Program-made: the position numbers and the translations under genes
Origin: Opitutales bacterium
GTDB taxonomy: Bacteria; Verrucomicrobiota; Verrucomicrobiia; Opitutales; PNEW01
DNA: 32,000 nucleotides
Assembly (NCBI GenBank): GCA_965219535.1
Contig: CBDCNV010000002.1
Location: 60,001-92,000 of the forward strand
Reading direction: 5' to 3'
Notes under the pieces: model-generated
Databases searched by the model: none
The model's input: only the letters and a program-made list of their open reading frames with translations
What the model was told of the DNA's origin: nothing
Part shown: in pieces, positions 1-10,469 of the stretch
How the letters are laid out: every line of letters starts with the position of its first letter
Position numbering within the stretch: position 1 is the first letter of the stretch

Positions 1-2602
1 GTTTATTATCGCTTTGTCTCCTTTTTATTACCTGATATCCAATATTGCTGTTGTATTTAATATCGAACTTGCCTGAAACAGGTTCGCCTCCTGGAAGTTT
101 CAGTTCGCCGCTTTCCTCTACTAAAGCTACTCGCACAAGACTTTCGTCGTAATCCCTGTTTCCGAGATATAGATAATCACTTAACCAATGGATAGATTTT
201 CTTGGAACGACGGCAGGTGCATGGTGTTGCGCCACATTGACAATCTGTTGCATGATGCACACTGCCAATTCTCTCCACCGGTATTTGTTTCTGGCTCTAA
301 TATAGGTCGGTAGAATTAGTGTAATGCCCCCCTCTAGTAAAGTCAATTCCACACCTCCTTCAGGGTGAAATTGTATGTTTCTTAACAGTAATACTTGCAC
401 GGATTCCTGTTTGCTGTAACGCGTTGTTGCCTTGTTTTCTGGTAAAGTAGTACCTGCCTTCGATATCCCTATCTGAGCCATTGATTTCATCGCCTTGATA
501 CCAACACGATGTTTCCTTCGATTACCGTTGATTAGCTCATGCTTCCAAGTTGCCATCTGATCCTGCTCATCCCGTTCCTGATAAGTGTCTTCAATTAATC
601 CACGGATGTCTCGAGGGATCGAAACATCTCGTTTTTCATGCCAGACTTTAAGGCTTCTGCACAATACATAAGGATTATAAACAAATGCGGTGTTTCCAAA
701 TGCTTTTTCTGGGTTTTCTATTGCTGCACCCAGTTGCGGTGCGATAATCCAAGCATCACGCTTGGCCTCTGGGGGCCGCGATCTCTCAGAATGCCGCCAT
801 AATCGACCCAAGCGCTGTAACAACATATCAGTTGGGCAAAAACGTGTAATTATGAAGTCAGCGTCAATATCCAGTGATTGCTCGAGGACTTGGGTTCCTA
901 CCAGAATCCGTCCCTGGTCGTTCCGTTCTTTCACGCAGCCTTTTCCAAAAAGTTCAACCCAATACTGTTCAATTCTGTCCCGATCCTTTTTTGTAAAACG
1001 AGAATGTAAGAGACCACATCTGATATTCATTTCATGTGTTCGGGCTGCGAGCCGAGAATAGATATCCTGGGCTTCGGACACTGAGTTTTCTACCCACAGG
1101 ACTTGCTGTCCTTCCCCTGCACGTTGCAACGCTTCATCAATGGCTTCTCTTTGCTTAACCCACGACAAATGCACCGTGTCGTTTGTCGGAACCATAAACT
1201 CGATTTCTTGCAGATCACAATCCAAGGGAAATACAGAAACTAGAGGGTAACCATGTTTCTTTGGAGCCACACCCAGTAATTCTCTGCGTTTATCAGTGGA
1301 GAGAGTTGCACTCAATATAATGACTGTGCATTGGAGTTGACGGAGTGCAGAGACAAGTACTTTCAATAAGGTTCCAGTGTAGACATCATAGCTGTGGACT
1401 TCGTCAAGAATCACAACTTTTCCGGCCAACCCGAACGTTCTGACAAAGCCATGCTTCACGTTCATAACAGCCATCAGTGCCTGATCAATGGTTCCGACCC
1501 CGAAAGGTGCAAGGATTTTGCGTTTGGTTGACTCGAACCAGGACCCTCCAGGTTGGCCCTCTACACCCATTTGAGTTTGTTTGAGCCAGGCATTCCCATG
1601 CAGCAGAAAAGCATCCCGGTGCTGACAGCTATCAGTTAAGATTTGTCCCAGAAAATTAACAACGCGGCCAAGAATCTTCTCTGAGGTAAGCTGCGTAGGT
1701 AGGGCGAAATAGATACCTGTAGCTCGGTCCTTCACCATTATCCGGTAGGCGACATAAAGAGCGGCTTCGGTTTTACCAATCCCCATCGGTGCCTCCATAA
1801 CATAAACACCCTGGGTATTACAGCACTGGATTAATGTCTGCTGAATTGGCCTAGGGGCAAAACCGAAAATATCTTCAAAGCTCTGATCTTTCTTTAAATC
1901 GGGTCTCATAAAGCCAGCTGAATCCAACACTTTACTGATCTGCGATTGCCATTCTTGACTTGGAACGTCAAAAAAAGATCCCGACCCTATCCAGTCCGAA
2001 ACGGTTGTCAGTCCTGATAACACGCTCGCGTGAAAGGACCCGTTAACTTTGGGGAAATCACAACTTAGCAACTTCTTTAATTCCCCATAAAATTCGCTGC
2101 GCCGATTTTGCCAGGATGTCCCGCCAAAGCACTCATCACCGGCTGATCTGCCCCCCAGGTTAGGTGTGTACCCGTGGTGTTGGCCCAAAATTTCCGGTAT
2201 GAATTCACCCACATTCATGGCTTTGGCGGTAGCCATACTTGCTCCGGCATGGCCACCCCAATTTTTTTCGATGTCGGGATCAATCCCTACAAGTTCATCG
2301 ATTGAATTGAACACGTATCCGTCACACCCACGATAGATCTTTTCCTGGAATGTAGGACTGACCTTGCCCCAGTCATGAGCGGCCGCAATCAACTCTGATC
2401 CAAAAGGAAAGAGGATCTCCCGCAAAAATTTCGGCTGTCTTGAGATAAGCTCCCTAGCCACCTCACCAACAATGTGACAATGATTAAGAACGCATCTACC
2501 TCCCTTTTTCTTTTCACCGTCAATATATGTTTTAGCGAAACACTTTGACTGCGCCAATGCGTTACGAGCAGTTGTCAATTTAATTTTTTGGAATCTTCGC
2601 AT
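1..2602 (-). CDS. cas3: Cas3 CRISPR-associated HD nuclease / SF2 helicase; 3' end runs off the window and the gene is missing from the ORF track
   Basis: Hand translation of the reverse strand from the ATG at 2602..2600 gives 867 uninterrupted codons down to position 2. N-terminal HD-type motifs: LNHCHIVGEVA, AAAHDWGK, GQHHGY. Walker A-like MEAPMGIGKTEAAL, DExH-type box VILDEVHSYD, then ILSATL. TQVLEQSLDIDAD is characteristic of the Cas3 helicase C-domain. Confidence 0.9.
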   Translation of the reverse strand, partial: MRRFQKIKLTTARNALAQSKCFAKTYIDGEKKKGGRCVLNHCHIVGEVARELISRQPKFLREILFPFGSELIAAAHDWGKVSPTFQEKIYRGCDGYVFNSIDELVGIDPDIEKNWGGHAGASMATAKAMNVGEFIPEILGQHHGYTPNLGGRSAGDECFGGTSWQNRRSEFYGELKKLLSCDFPKVNGSFHASVLSGLTTVSDWIGSGSFFDVPSQEWQSQISKVLDSAGFMRPDLKKDQSFEDIFGFAPRPIQQTLIQCCNTQGVYVMEAPMGIGKTEAALYVAYRIMVKDRATGIYFALPTQLTSEKILGRVVNFLGQILTDSCQHRDAFLLHGNAWLKQTQMGVEGQPGGSWFESTKRKILAPFGVGTIDQALMAVMNVKHGFVRTFGLAGKVVILDEVHSYDVYTGTLLKVLVSALRQLQCTVIILSATLSTDKRRELLGVAPKKHGYPLVSVFPLDCDLQEIEFMVPTNDTVHLSWVKQREAIDEALQRAGEGQQVLWVENSVSEAQDIYSRLAARTHEMNIRCGLLHSRFTKKDRDRIEQYWVELFGKGCVKERNDQGRILVGTQVLEQSLDIDADFIITRFCPTDMLLQRLGRLWRHSERSRPPEAKRDAWIIAPQLGAAIENPEKAFGNTAFVYNPYVLCRSLKVWHEKRDVSIPRDIRGLIEDTYQERDEQDQMATWKHELINGNRRKHRVGIKAMKSMAQIGISKAGTTLPENKATTRYSKQESVQVLLLRNIQFHPEGGVELTLLEGGITLILPTYIRARNKYRWRELAVCIMQQIVNVAQHHAPAVVPRKSIHWLSDYLYLGNRDYDESLVRVALVEESGELKLPGGEPVSGKFDIKYNSNIGYQVIKRRQSDNK

Positions 2603-2762
2603 GAAACAGTAATTTTCAAGTTAATGTTACACAGGTTTAAAAGGTTGAATATCCTAGCAGAGTTACCGAAACTAAACCACGTAGTTGGTTAGTGCGGATG
2701 CGATTATTAAATGGTTTAGGCTATAGGGGAAGTCAAGGCAGTGGGGGGAGAAAGGCCGTAGA

Positions 2763-3583
2763 CTAAGGTAAGCTAGATTTTTCGGTGGTATGTTCAATTA
2801 ATCCTCTTTGCTGTTCAGCGAACTGGACCGGACTGATATAACCGAGCGACCGGTGCGGGCGCGAGGTTATACTTCCAGTTCCACTCTTCGATAAGCATCT
2901 TGGTTGCAGTCTAGGTCCACAACGGCGCGCCATTGAGACACTCCTGTTTGAGCCTTGCATAATAACTGCTGATATAGCCGCTGTGCGTGCGCTTCGAGGG
3001 TGGATATACCGGGGCTGGATTCCCTCTGACAACGAGCCCATTCACGCAGGTCGTCTCCGAAAAACTCGAGCCCATTGTCACTACTAATGTACTTTGGTGC
3101 GCCCTGTTCTTGGATTAGTCTAGCCATCACCTGTTGGCCCTTTTGGCTATCGATTGTTAGGTGCACATGGATACAGCTGTAATCACGGTGTGTATTCGTC
3201 AAAAACCGTGAGCATGAGAAGCTTGTGATTTCTTTGGGGATGTCATAAATAAAGTCTACAACAGGGTTACGGTTGGTAGCCTTCCTCAGCAGCTCACGTG
3301 CTACATTTTCCCCGGAGCTTAAAGTTTTCGGGAATCTGAGGTTTGTGTCCAAGAATCACAATTGTTTCCGAAGACTTCCTTCTGTAGTTCATTCAGTCGT
3401 TTGGCTTGGTTCAGCCTCATCATCACCAACTCCCGCTTTCAGTGCTGCAAGCTTTGCCCGTTAATGCATTTCTCCCTGGCATACATTGATGATCAATCTT
3501 CGCGCTGTTTCTGCCTCACCTCATCGGCAGTTTTTCTGTTCAGTGCTCTATCACTTCTCTTTCTTTATCTGGAGCTATACTAG
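2763..3583 (-). pseudogene. IS3-family transposase remnant (OrfA/OrfB, multiple frame breaks); boundaries approximate
   Basis: ORFs 2867..3352 (..YISSDNGLEF..) and 2763..3041 (..HRSLGYISPVQFAEQ..) carry IS3 DDE-core and C-terminal signatures in different frames. Hand translation of the minus strand near 3360-3440 gives an OrfA-like coiled-coil piece, ..RLNQAKRLNELQKE.., followed by a stop. Confidence 0.75.
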
Positions 3584-3746
3584 TCGGCCAGTCTGATTTT
3601 TCAAGCCGAACAGTTATTGTAACCTCGATTAGGTCGAAACGAGTTGCAAGTAATAGAAAATCTACTGAGGATTTTGAAGAATACCCGTTAAGGATTTTAT
3701 CCCCAATAGCTGTGGGAATGGATCGCTAAATATTGTGGCGCAGCGG

Positions 3747-4331
3747 TTATCCGCGAGGGATACGAATACCATTATCCATCATGTAGAACAGGGCGGCGAT
3801 TTCGAACGTCATATTCGCATCCTCGATAGCTTCATGCTTGCTACTCATTCTCCCTGCGACCCCCATCACTTCTGCCACGTTGTCCAAGTTGCTGCCCCTC
3901 AACTGACCATTATTAAAATCCTGGAACCGTAACATGGTGCAATAGCTTTTGTTGCGGGTGAGTGACTTCACACCCGCCCGCTTGAATTCAGCGTTCAGGA
4001 AATTCTTATCGAATGAGACGTTATGGGCGATGATTGGGCGGTTGCTGATGAAACCTCGAAGCTGATGAGCACTGTCGGCGAAGGATCCCTTATTTGCGAC
4101 ATGTCTGTCTGTGATGCCATGTACGCGGGACGCTTTAACAGAAATACTACACTGTGGATTCACTATCACATCCATCGTCTCACCGAGAAGACCTTGAGGA
4201 TTGTCCTGTAGAGCCTCGAAGTGCACACGGACCATCGCCACTGCCACGATTCGATCAGTTTCAGGGTCGAGGCCAGTAGTCTCCACATCTACCACAACCG
4301 CTTCATCGAAACCTCGGAAAATCGTCACCAA
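3747..4331 (-). CDS. DEDDh 3'-5' exonuclease (DnaQ / Pol III epsilon-like), stand-alone, 194 aa
   Basis: ExoI VVDVETTGL, ExoII IIAHNVSFD, ExoIII SKHEAIEDA (H-x4-D). The start is TTG (4331) or GTG (4328), with an AAAGGA Shine-Dalgarno-like sequence a few nt upstream. Confidence 0.85.
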   Translation of the reverse strand: MVTIFRGFDEAVVVDVETTGLDPETDRIVAVAMVRVHFEALQDNPQGLLGETMDVIVNPQCSISVKASRVHGITDRHVANKGSFADSAHQLRGFISNRPIIAHNVSFDKNFLNAEFKRAGVKSLTRNKSYCTMLRFQDFNNGQLRGSNLDNVAEVMGVAGRMSSKHEAIEDANMTFEIAALFYMMDNGIRIPRG

Positions 4332-5039
4332 CTACTGTCCTTTCAACCTTTTGCAGATGCACGAATCATAGCTTTAATGGTCAAGGCCAATACTCGTCCA
4401 GCGACGACCTGACCACGACATCGACGATGTGCATCAGTCGTTCATTTCCGGCGGCTCCGGCCAGTCGAACTTCTACGTCGGAAATAAATTGGACGGGCTG
4501 TGGTTGGCCTTTGCAATGGGTTTAGTCGTCTTAGCTATCTGTTCTTCAGTTAAAGGATAATACGCTTTGGGGGATGGGTGGACAATTCACTCTCGTTTGC
4601 GGCTATAAGTGTATATAAATCCCATAAAATGCAACAAGTTTTTGGAAAATGTGACCTTTAAGCGGCTAGAAAAACAGAACATAGTATTCTTAGACACCCA
4701 GATACGGTCATAAACCGTGCATTTGACGGACTCAATCAGCGTCTGGGGGAGAGGCCCCTTCTATTACCCTGGATCGGTTGATCAATACAGGCTAGCGTCT
4801 TGATCTAAAGCACACGCAAGTACTGGACGCGGTAATTGGGGGGATGACATTCGTGAGACCGAAATGGAATCCTTTCCTGTACAAGATGGTGCATTTAGAG
4901 TTTGAGCGCTTCGATAAGCTCTGCGTCTTTTAGAACAATGCTCCATTAACCTGGTGAGCAGGCGAAAGGAACTCATCAGGTAGCATGTCACTATATTTCA
5001 ACGCCTGTTAGTTGTAATCAAAGTGGTCGTGACCACACA

Positions 5040-6360
5040 AACTGGTCCACTGTGAGAGTTAGTCTGGAGAGGTTAATGTTGAAGTTAAGTTGGTAGAGGA
5101 AGTCAAGGCTTGGGTGCAATGAGGGCGTAGCCCGAATGGAGCCCAAGCCTTTGGTATTGATGTCTTCAGCAAAGCGCCGTGGGGTGACATTGCCGAGGCT
5201 GCGATGGGGACGGATATGATTGTAAAGCCAGCGCCAATCTTCGATCACCACACGTGCTTCGGTTAAAGTCCATAACTGTTCACGGTTTAAACACTCCTCG
5301 CGAAAACGGGCATGGAAAGATTCGATGTATCCGTTCTGCCAAGGACTTCCTGGTTCGATATAGAGGGTTTTGATTTTCATCGCAGCTAGCCAGGCTCGCA
5401 ATTCCCTTTCAATGAATGGCTTCGCATGTCGTCGCTGCGCTCCTCGGAACGGAACCGTTGTCGCTGCGAATATATTGTGGCGGTCCATGCCTCTCGATCA
5501 TTTTTTGCATGATACCGCGAACGGTTTCCCCGTTGATATGGCGATCGACATGGATGACCGGACATTCGCGGGTCTACTCGTCGAGGAGGGTCAGCATTTT
5601 GAGACTCCCACCGCGGACCGTTTTATCGTGGATAAAATCCCAGGTCCAAACCTGGCCGGGATGTTCGGCCTTTGTCGGCAGCCCGTGTGCAGACACCCCT
5701 GCGTCGGCGTCTTGGCTTGCGTTGGGGGATCGGCAGGCCCAGTTCACGTCGCAGACCTTGCACGAGACGTTTACCCACATGCCAGCCTTCGTCCTTCAAC
5801 AGCTTCGTGATCTTGGGATAGCCCCACCTGGCGTATTGCCGTGATAACCGCCTAACTGTCGCCTTCAGTTTCGTTAGCCAGGCATCCGGATGCTTGGCCC
5901 TATACGCATAGGTGCAACGGTGCAGGTGAAAGTATCAGCACGCTGCACGCATCGAACACTGACCCCGGGCCACAAGTCTCTCTGCCACTTGCCGCTTGTG
6001 CCCAGGGCTTACTACCGAGCGTAAGCGACATCTGCCATTTTTTTTCGAGGGTCTCCTGCAGGATCTCTATCCCCAGCATCTTGTCTGCCAGCATCCGTTT
6101 TAGCCGCGCGTTCTCCTTCAAAGAGCTCTTTCATCCGCTTGGCTTGGTTGACATCAGTCATCCCCAACTCACCCTTCCAGCGGTGGAAGGTCTGTTCGCT
6201 GACGTTATTCTCCCGGCACACTTCTTGGATCGATTTACCCCTGTCTGCTTGCCCCAATATACGTATCTTCTCTTCGGTGGTGTTATCTTTTGCCTTTTAT
6301 TGTCTGAGTCCTTTCTAGGTGGACCAGACTAACTTTTCAAGTGTCTCTGTTTTCGTGGTC
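5040..6360 (-). mobile_element. IS3-family insertion sequence, about 1.3 kb, transposase inactivated by frameshifts
   Basis: OrfB pieces: 5018..5488 (GSPWQNGYIESFHARFREECLNRE..YNHIRPHRSLGNVTPRRFA) and 5574..5780 (WTWDFIHDKTVRGGSLKMLTLLDE). OrfA pieces: 6012..6257 (VSEQTFHRWK) and 5900..6121 (ENARLKRMLADKMLGIEILQETLEKK). Imperfect terminal inverted repeats: 5040 tgaccacacaaactggtccac...agtctgg versus 6323 ccagactaac...gtggtc 6360. Confidence 0.8.
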
Positions 6361-6584
6361 TCGACCACCATCTTATGATTGCCCTTAGATACATTGCCTA
6401 GTTCTTCGTCTAAGTTTAACCATCCTACTTTATTTCTGATGATTTTTTCGTTTATTATCTCTTTGGGTTACTCCTCTCTTGGCTAGCCCCCCAGAGATCT
6501 GATTGGTTCTAATGTTTTCAAAACAGGGTAAACCTAGTTTTTACCAGCTGTTAGATTTTATCGTAACTAGTGCATATAAACAAT

Positions 6585-6697
6585 GCTCGGGCTCCACCCT
6601 CGTTGCGCCCAGGCATTGGCTTCCTCTACCAACTTAACTTCAACTTAAATCTCTCCAGACTAACTCTCCCGGTGGACTATTTTGTCTAACCTCACCA
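6585..6697 (+). mobile_element. Solo right-end fragment of the same IS3 lineage (opposite orientation)
   Basis: gctcgggctcca...cttcctctaccaacttaacttcaac...ctccagactaactctc..gtggac..tttgt matches the 3' end of the 5040-6360 element and of the 22485-22793 fragment. Confidence 0.7.
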
Positions 6698-6788
6698 GTC
6701 TCATTATTTGTTCATTTATAAGTTTTATGTTTAATTTAGTTAGCAAAGGTTTTATCGAATTTAATCGATCGATTCATTAGAGTATTGA

Positions 6789-7562
6789 TTATAATGGAAG
6801 CTTTGAATAAGCTATTTTTTTTGCTATCCCATGTAATGCCTCAATATCTTTGAAATCAGATAGACCTATTATTTGGCAACCGTTCTCTCTCGTAACAAAA
6901 GGGAGAGTTTCATTGTCAATTGGAGGATTTCCGATGATAAGGGAAACGTAAAACCCTCGTAGGATAACGCCGTAACGTCGATGATTATTCCCCCATCGAT
7001 CAATAATTATGCCAGCGATAAGATCAGGAATATACTTTCCATCAATCGTCACTTTTACGATCATAATTCCAAATTCACTTTCTTCAGGGACTGAAGAATT
7101 CAAAATGATCATTCGTAGCTTTTCTTGATAGGGACCGAGTTGGATTGCTTGGAAAAACCGAGTATCAAGCGATAATCGCCAAAATACACTGAGAAAAAGA
7201 AGTTTAAATCGGCTGTAATCTATATTCTTGAGTGCTTTTCCTCCTTCAAAGACTTTACCGTCATTGAGTTTTAATGGTTTAGCTATCTCCCAAAGATCAC
7301 GGTCGAACAGTCTGGCAACATAGTCTTCATTCTTTTGTAGGATACCTTCACATGTATCGCAGAATAAATAAAGCCAGAATCCATTTTGATGAATCCCTAT
7401 AAAATCTGAATTCTCCCGAAAGGAAAAAAATCTTCTTATTTTTTCTTCTTGGTATAGCGTGTTATAAAAGAAATTTGGAATGATGTGGGAACGGCAAAGG
7501 GGCCTTTCGTTCTCGCATAGCTTACATATGCCTCGTTTTCTTTTCTCCTGATCGGACCCCAT
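6789..7562 (-). CDS. Hypothetical protein with N-terminal Cys cluster (CKLC-x8-C-x-SHIIP ... CDTCE), 257 aa
   Basis: Intact ORF in a markedly AT-rich segment. The CxxC...C..SH..P...CxxC arrangement suggests a zinc-ribbon or HNH-like metal site. I recognise no other family signature. Confidence 0.6.
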   Translation of the reverse strand: MGSDQEKRKRGICKLCENERPLCRSHIIPNFFYNTLYQEEKIRRFFSFRENSDFIGIHQNGFWLYLFCDTCEGILQKNEDYVARLFDRDLWEIAKPLKLNDGKVFEGGKALKNIDYSRFKLLFLSVFWRLSLDTRFFQAIQLGPYQEKLRMIILNSSVPEESEFGIMIVKVTIDGKYIPDLIAGIIIDRWGNNHRRYGVILRGFYVSLIIGNPPIDNETLPFVTRENGCQIIGLSDFKDIEALHGIAKKIAYSKLPL

Positions 7563-7575
7563 TATTTGTACCTGT

Positions 7576-8801
7576 TTAAGTGAGAGAGTTACCGGGTGTT
7601 AATGGTTTTAGGATTGATGTATAGGAAAGCTTTTGGCGAAGCGAGGGCGTAGCCCGAACGCGGCCAGGATCGGAAAGGAATCTGACAAACTCTTGTGGGC
7701 TTTTAAAGCCTAAACGACTGTGGGGATGTTCATGGTTATAGATCTGACGCCAGTAGTTCGATTACCCCTTGCTCTTCAGCCACGCTGAGCAACACTTCAC
7801 GGTTCAGACACTCATCGCGTAAGTGGTTGTGAAACGACTGGATGAAACTGTTTGTTATTCTCACTAAGGCTCGTTGAGGTATCGCTACGCTCGGTAGCCA
7901 AGGACTGCTCGGATCGCTATATACCGCCTTGATATTTTTGTCTGACAACCACAGCTGCACCTGATGAGCGATGAACTTACTACCTTTATCACTACGGATA
8001 TAGCTGGGAGTTCCTTCCTCTTCAATGGCCTCCCCAAGCACAGCGAGGACATCGGTTGAGGTGAGTTGACGAGCTACCCGGATACTCAGACATTTACGTG
8101 TATACTCATCGATCAAGATCATTATTTTGAGCTTGCCGTCGTTGTCTGTACGATCATGGACAAAGTCCCAGGGAGCAAACGTGATTGCGACTTTTTGCTT
8201 TAGTAGGAGTCCCCGTAGAGACTCCTTGGCGGTGTCTACGCTTTTCGGGAGCTTTACCTGCAACCCTTCTAAACGTCGTATTCCCTGGACAAACTTCCTG
8301 CTTGTTGTCCAACCTTCCTATACGAGCAAGGCATTGATGCACCGGTAACCGTAACAGGGATGTTCACAGGACAAGGTTGCAATCCGCTCGGCCAACCGGT
8401 GAGCCTACTTACTGGCCCGCTTGGGTCGGTTGCTGAACCTTTACCAACTGAGGCTTAGATAAACACAAGCCCTCCACAACGAGCAAAGCCCTCTCACAGC
8501 CGCACCTTTTACTGTTTGCTGCTTCTGCTTTGGGCTCACCACTTTTTTGACAGTGTTTCCTCCAGCATCTCATTCTTGAGCATTAGATCAGCAAGCAGCT
8601 TCTTCAGCTCGGCTTTTTCTTTTCAGTTCTTTAAATCGCTAGAACATCGGCCATCTCTAAATGGCCAAACTATTTACTGCAGCGATAGAAGGTATGTTCA
8701 CTTACGTTGTTGCTACTGCAGACTTCCTTCACGGTTTTACCGGTATTGGCTTGCCGCAGTATTGCTAGGATCTGTTGTGTTGTGTATCTTTTTCTTTTCA
8801 T
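7576..8801 (-). pseudogene. IS3-family transposase (OrfA+OrfB) with frameshifts; element ends not defined
   Basis: 8670..8963 contains MKRKRYTTQQILAILRQANTGKTVKEVCSSNNVSEHTFYR (OrfA HTH). 7736..8263 contains WDFVHDRTDNDGKLKIMILIDEYTRKCL..IRSDKGSKF..QSFHNHLRDECLNRE. Hand translation of 7576-7735 in another frame continues YNHEHPHSRLGFKSPQEFVRFLSDPGRVRATPSLRQKLSYTSILKPLTPGNSLT*. Confidence 0.8.
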
Positions 8802-10248
8802 TGAGCTTATCCGTTTTTCTCCATAACTTCTCTCTGTAAATAATTCGATTTTTTTGGTCACTCCATCTAGACTACCTGCTTCATTGGTTGGGTAGGCGTA
8901 AACACTTCGTGGTCGCACAGCAAAAGCTTCTTGTGTCCGATAAGTGGATATCGACGATGGCATTCGAGCGTACAGGCGATCATACCGAGGCTTACCGGTA
9001 GAATTTAGAAGTAAGGTGTTGCCATATTGAGCCGATGAGAGACGCCAAAGCTCAGAATCCTGTATAAAGAGCTGCCGGGTCAGGAAGATTTTGGCGCGAG
9101 GTTGCCGACCGTGGATGTGGGCGGACTCTTATTTTCTTTCGTCTATGCCTCGTGCAGTTGCCCGGGAAAAGTCGACCGCAAGCGAGCTATTGAATACACG
9201 GTCGATTAACTGAAGTGCTTTAGAGAACATGTCTGGGAGCAGCGCTAGAGCTCGAAACGGAGCTTACTGTGTGGTGCTTTCAATGTCTTGTCCAACCCCC
9301 ATACACTGGATGCCCTACTTAACAGAAGAATAAAGGTAGTAATTGACATCATTGCTCGACTCGGGATTAGTCGACCTGTATCATCACCTGCACCCAGACG
9401 ACAAAGATGGATTTAGCTAAGGATTCAATCCTCATAATAGCGCGTCATTGCCATACTCCACCTTATTATAAGTACAAAAAGCACTGCCGATCATCTTCGA
9501 TGTGATTTGTAAACCTTGGAATACTGTAAAGAGGTAAAAGAACTCAAAAGTCACAAATGGCCTCAAGGCATGTCCATTATCGGGGATTTGCACGAAATGG
9601 ATACTTGTTTGTCTCAGGTTGACACAACATGGGATCTTGAGACATGCAGGAATACCTGCGGCAACATTTGGATTTTTCGAGTAGCAGTTAGCCACGGAGG
9701 ATGCTAGGCGTTACATATTTGGTTCCGGTCGATGTGGTTGGTCCGGGAGGAACTGTGTTGTGGAGCGGAGTGGGGATCGACGCAGTCTACTTGGCGGCGT
9801 GGAAGAAGGGATGCGGGAGCGCCGAACGGAAACGAAAGGCGTTGGTTCTGGTGGAGATCGTAGTGGAAGGATGCTTATGGGACGGATCTGGCTGGGAACG
9901 ATTGTTGATGCTTCGAGTACCAGTCAGCTGCCCTTCATGAGGAACGCTGTTGCACATAGCCGCGTGGTCCACAACGATGGCCAGATGAGTTTATCGGCAG
10001 TTGCCGCACTGGGGATGGCGGACCGAAGTGACGACCGTTTGGAACCATCCCGAGTCAGCTTCGACGTTGCTGCCCCACGTGGAACGAGACCATTCGCGGG
10101 AAAACATTCTTAGTATGCCATTACCTCAGATGTCTTAAATGATCTGGGTATAATATATATTAAACAATTATAATGTAGTATATATTGGTTACATAAAAGA
10201 AAAAAATATAATCCCAGTAATTTAGACACCTAGCTAAAAAGACATCCT

Positions 10249-10277
10249 TTGCAAAACGACAAATAATTGGTTATAAT
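10249..10277 (+). promoter_or_regulatory. Sigma70-like promoter candidate (TTGCAA - 17 nt - TATAAT) in the AT-rich leader of the 763-aa gene
   Basis: -35 TTGCAA at 10249-10254, a 17-nt spacer, and a perfect -10 TATAAT at 10272-10277, about 190 nt upstream of the ATG at 10470. Such matches arise easily by chance in AT-rich DNA, and the host sigma consensus is unknown. Confidence 0.3.
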
Positions 10278-10469
10278 GAAGCTACAACTTATTATAAAAT
10301 TTATTTAAAACATGACAATGAACTATTTCAACAATTGATAACGATGCGTATTCGCAAGAAAATTATCAAATTTTTAATATATCTATCGATTTCTTGGCCT
10401 ATCCCTATAAACCTGGTACGAATAACGGGGTTCAATCAAATGTCCAAATAAGTTTTGAAAGCATGTACG

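Noticed and set aside
690-1061. 123-aa plus-strand ORF from the track
   Set aside because: It lies entirely antisense to the well-supported cas3 reading frame and has no motif; it is a shadow ORF.
2603-4700. Search for a CRISPR array near cas3
   Set aside because: I saw no regularly spaced direct repeats of 25-40 nt here or elsewhere in the window. Any array must lie outside it.
8964-10113. Cluster of short ORFs (9432..9695, 9516..9707, 9701..9940, 9760..10113, 9787..9972)
   Set aside because: I translated several frames on both strands by hand and found no conserved motif or long open frame. The region may be a decayed gene, but I cannot support any call.
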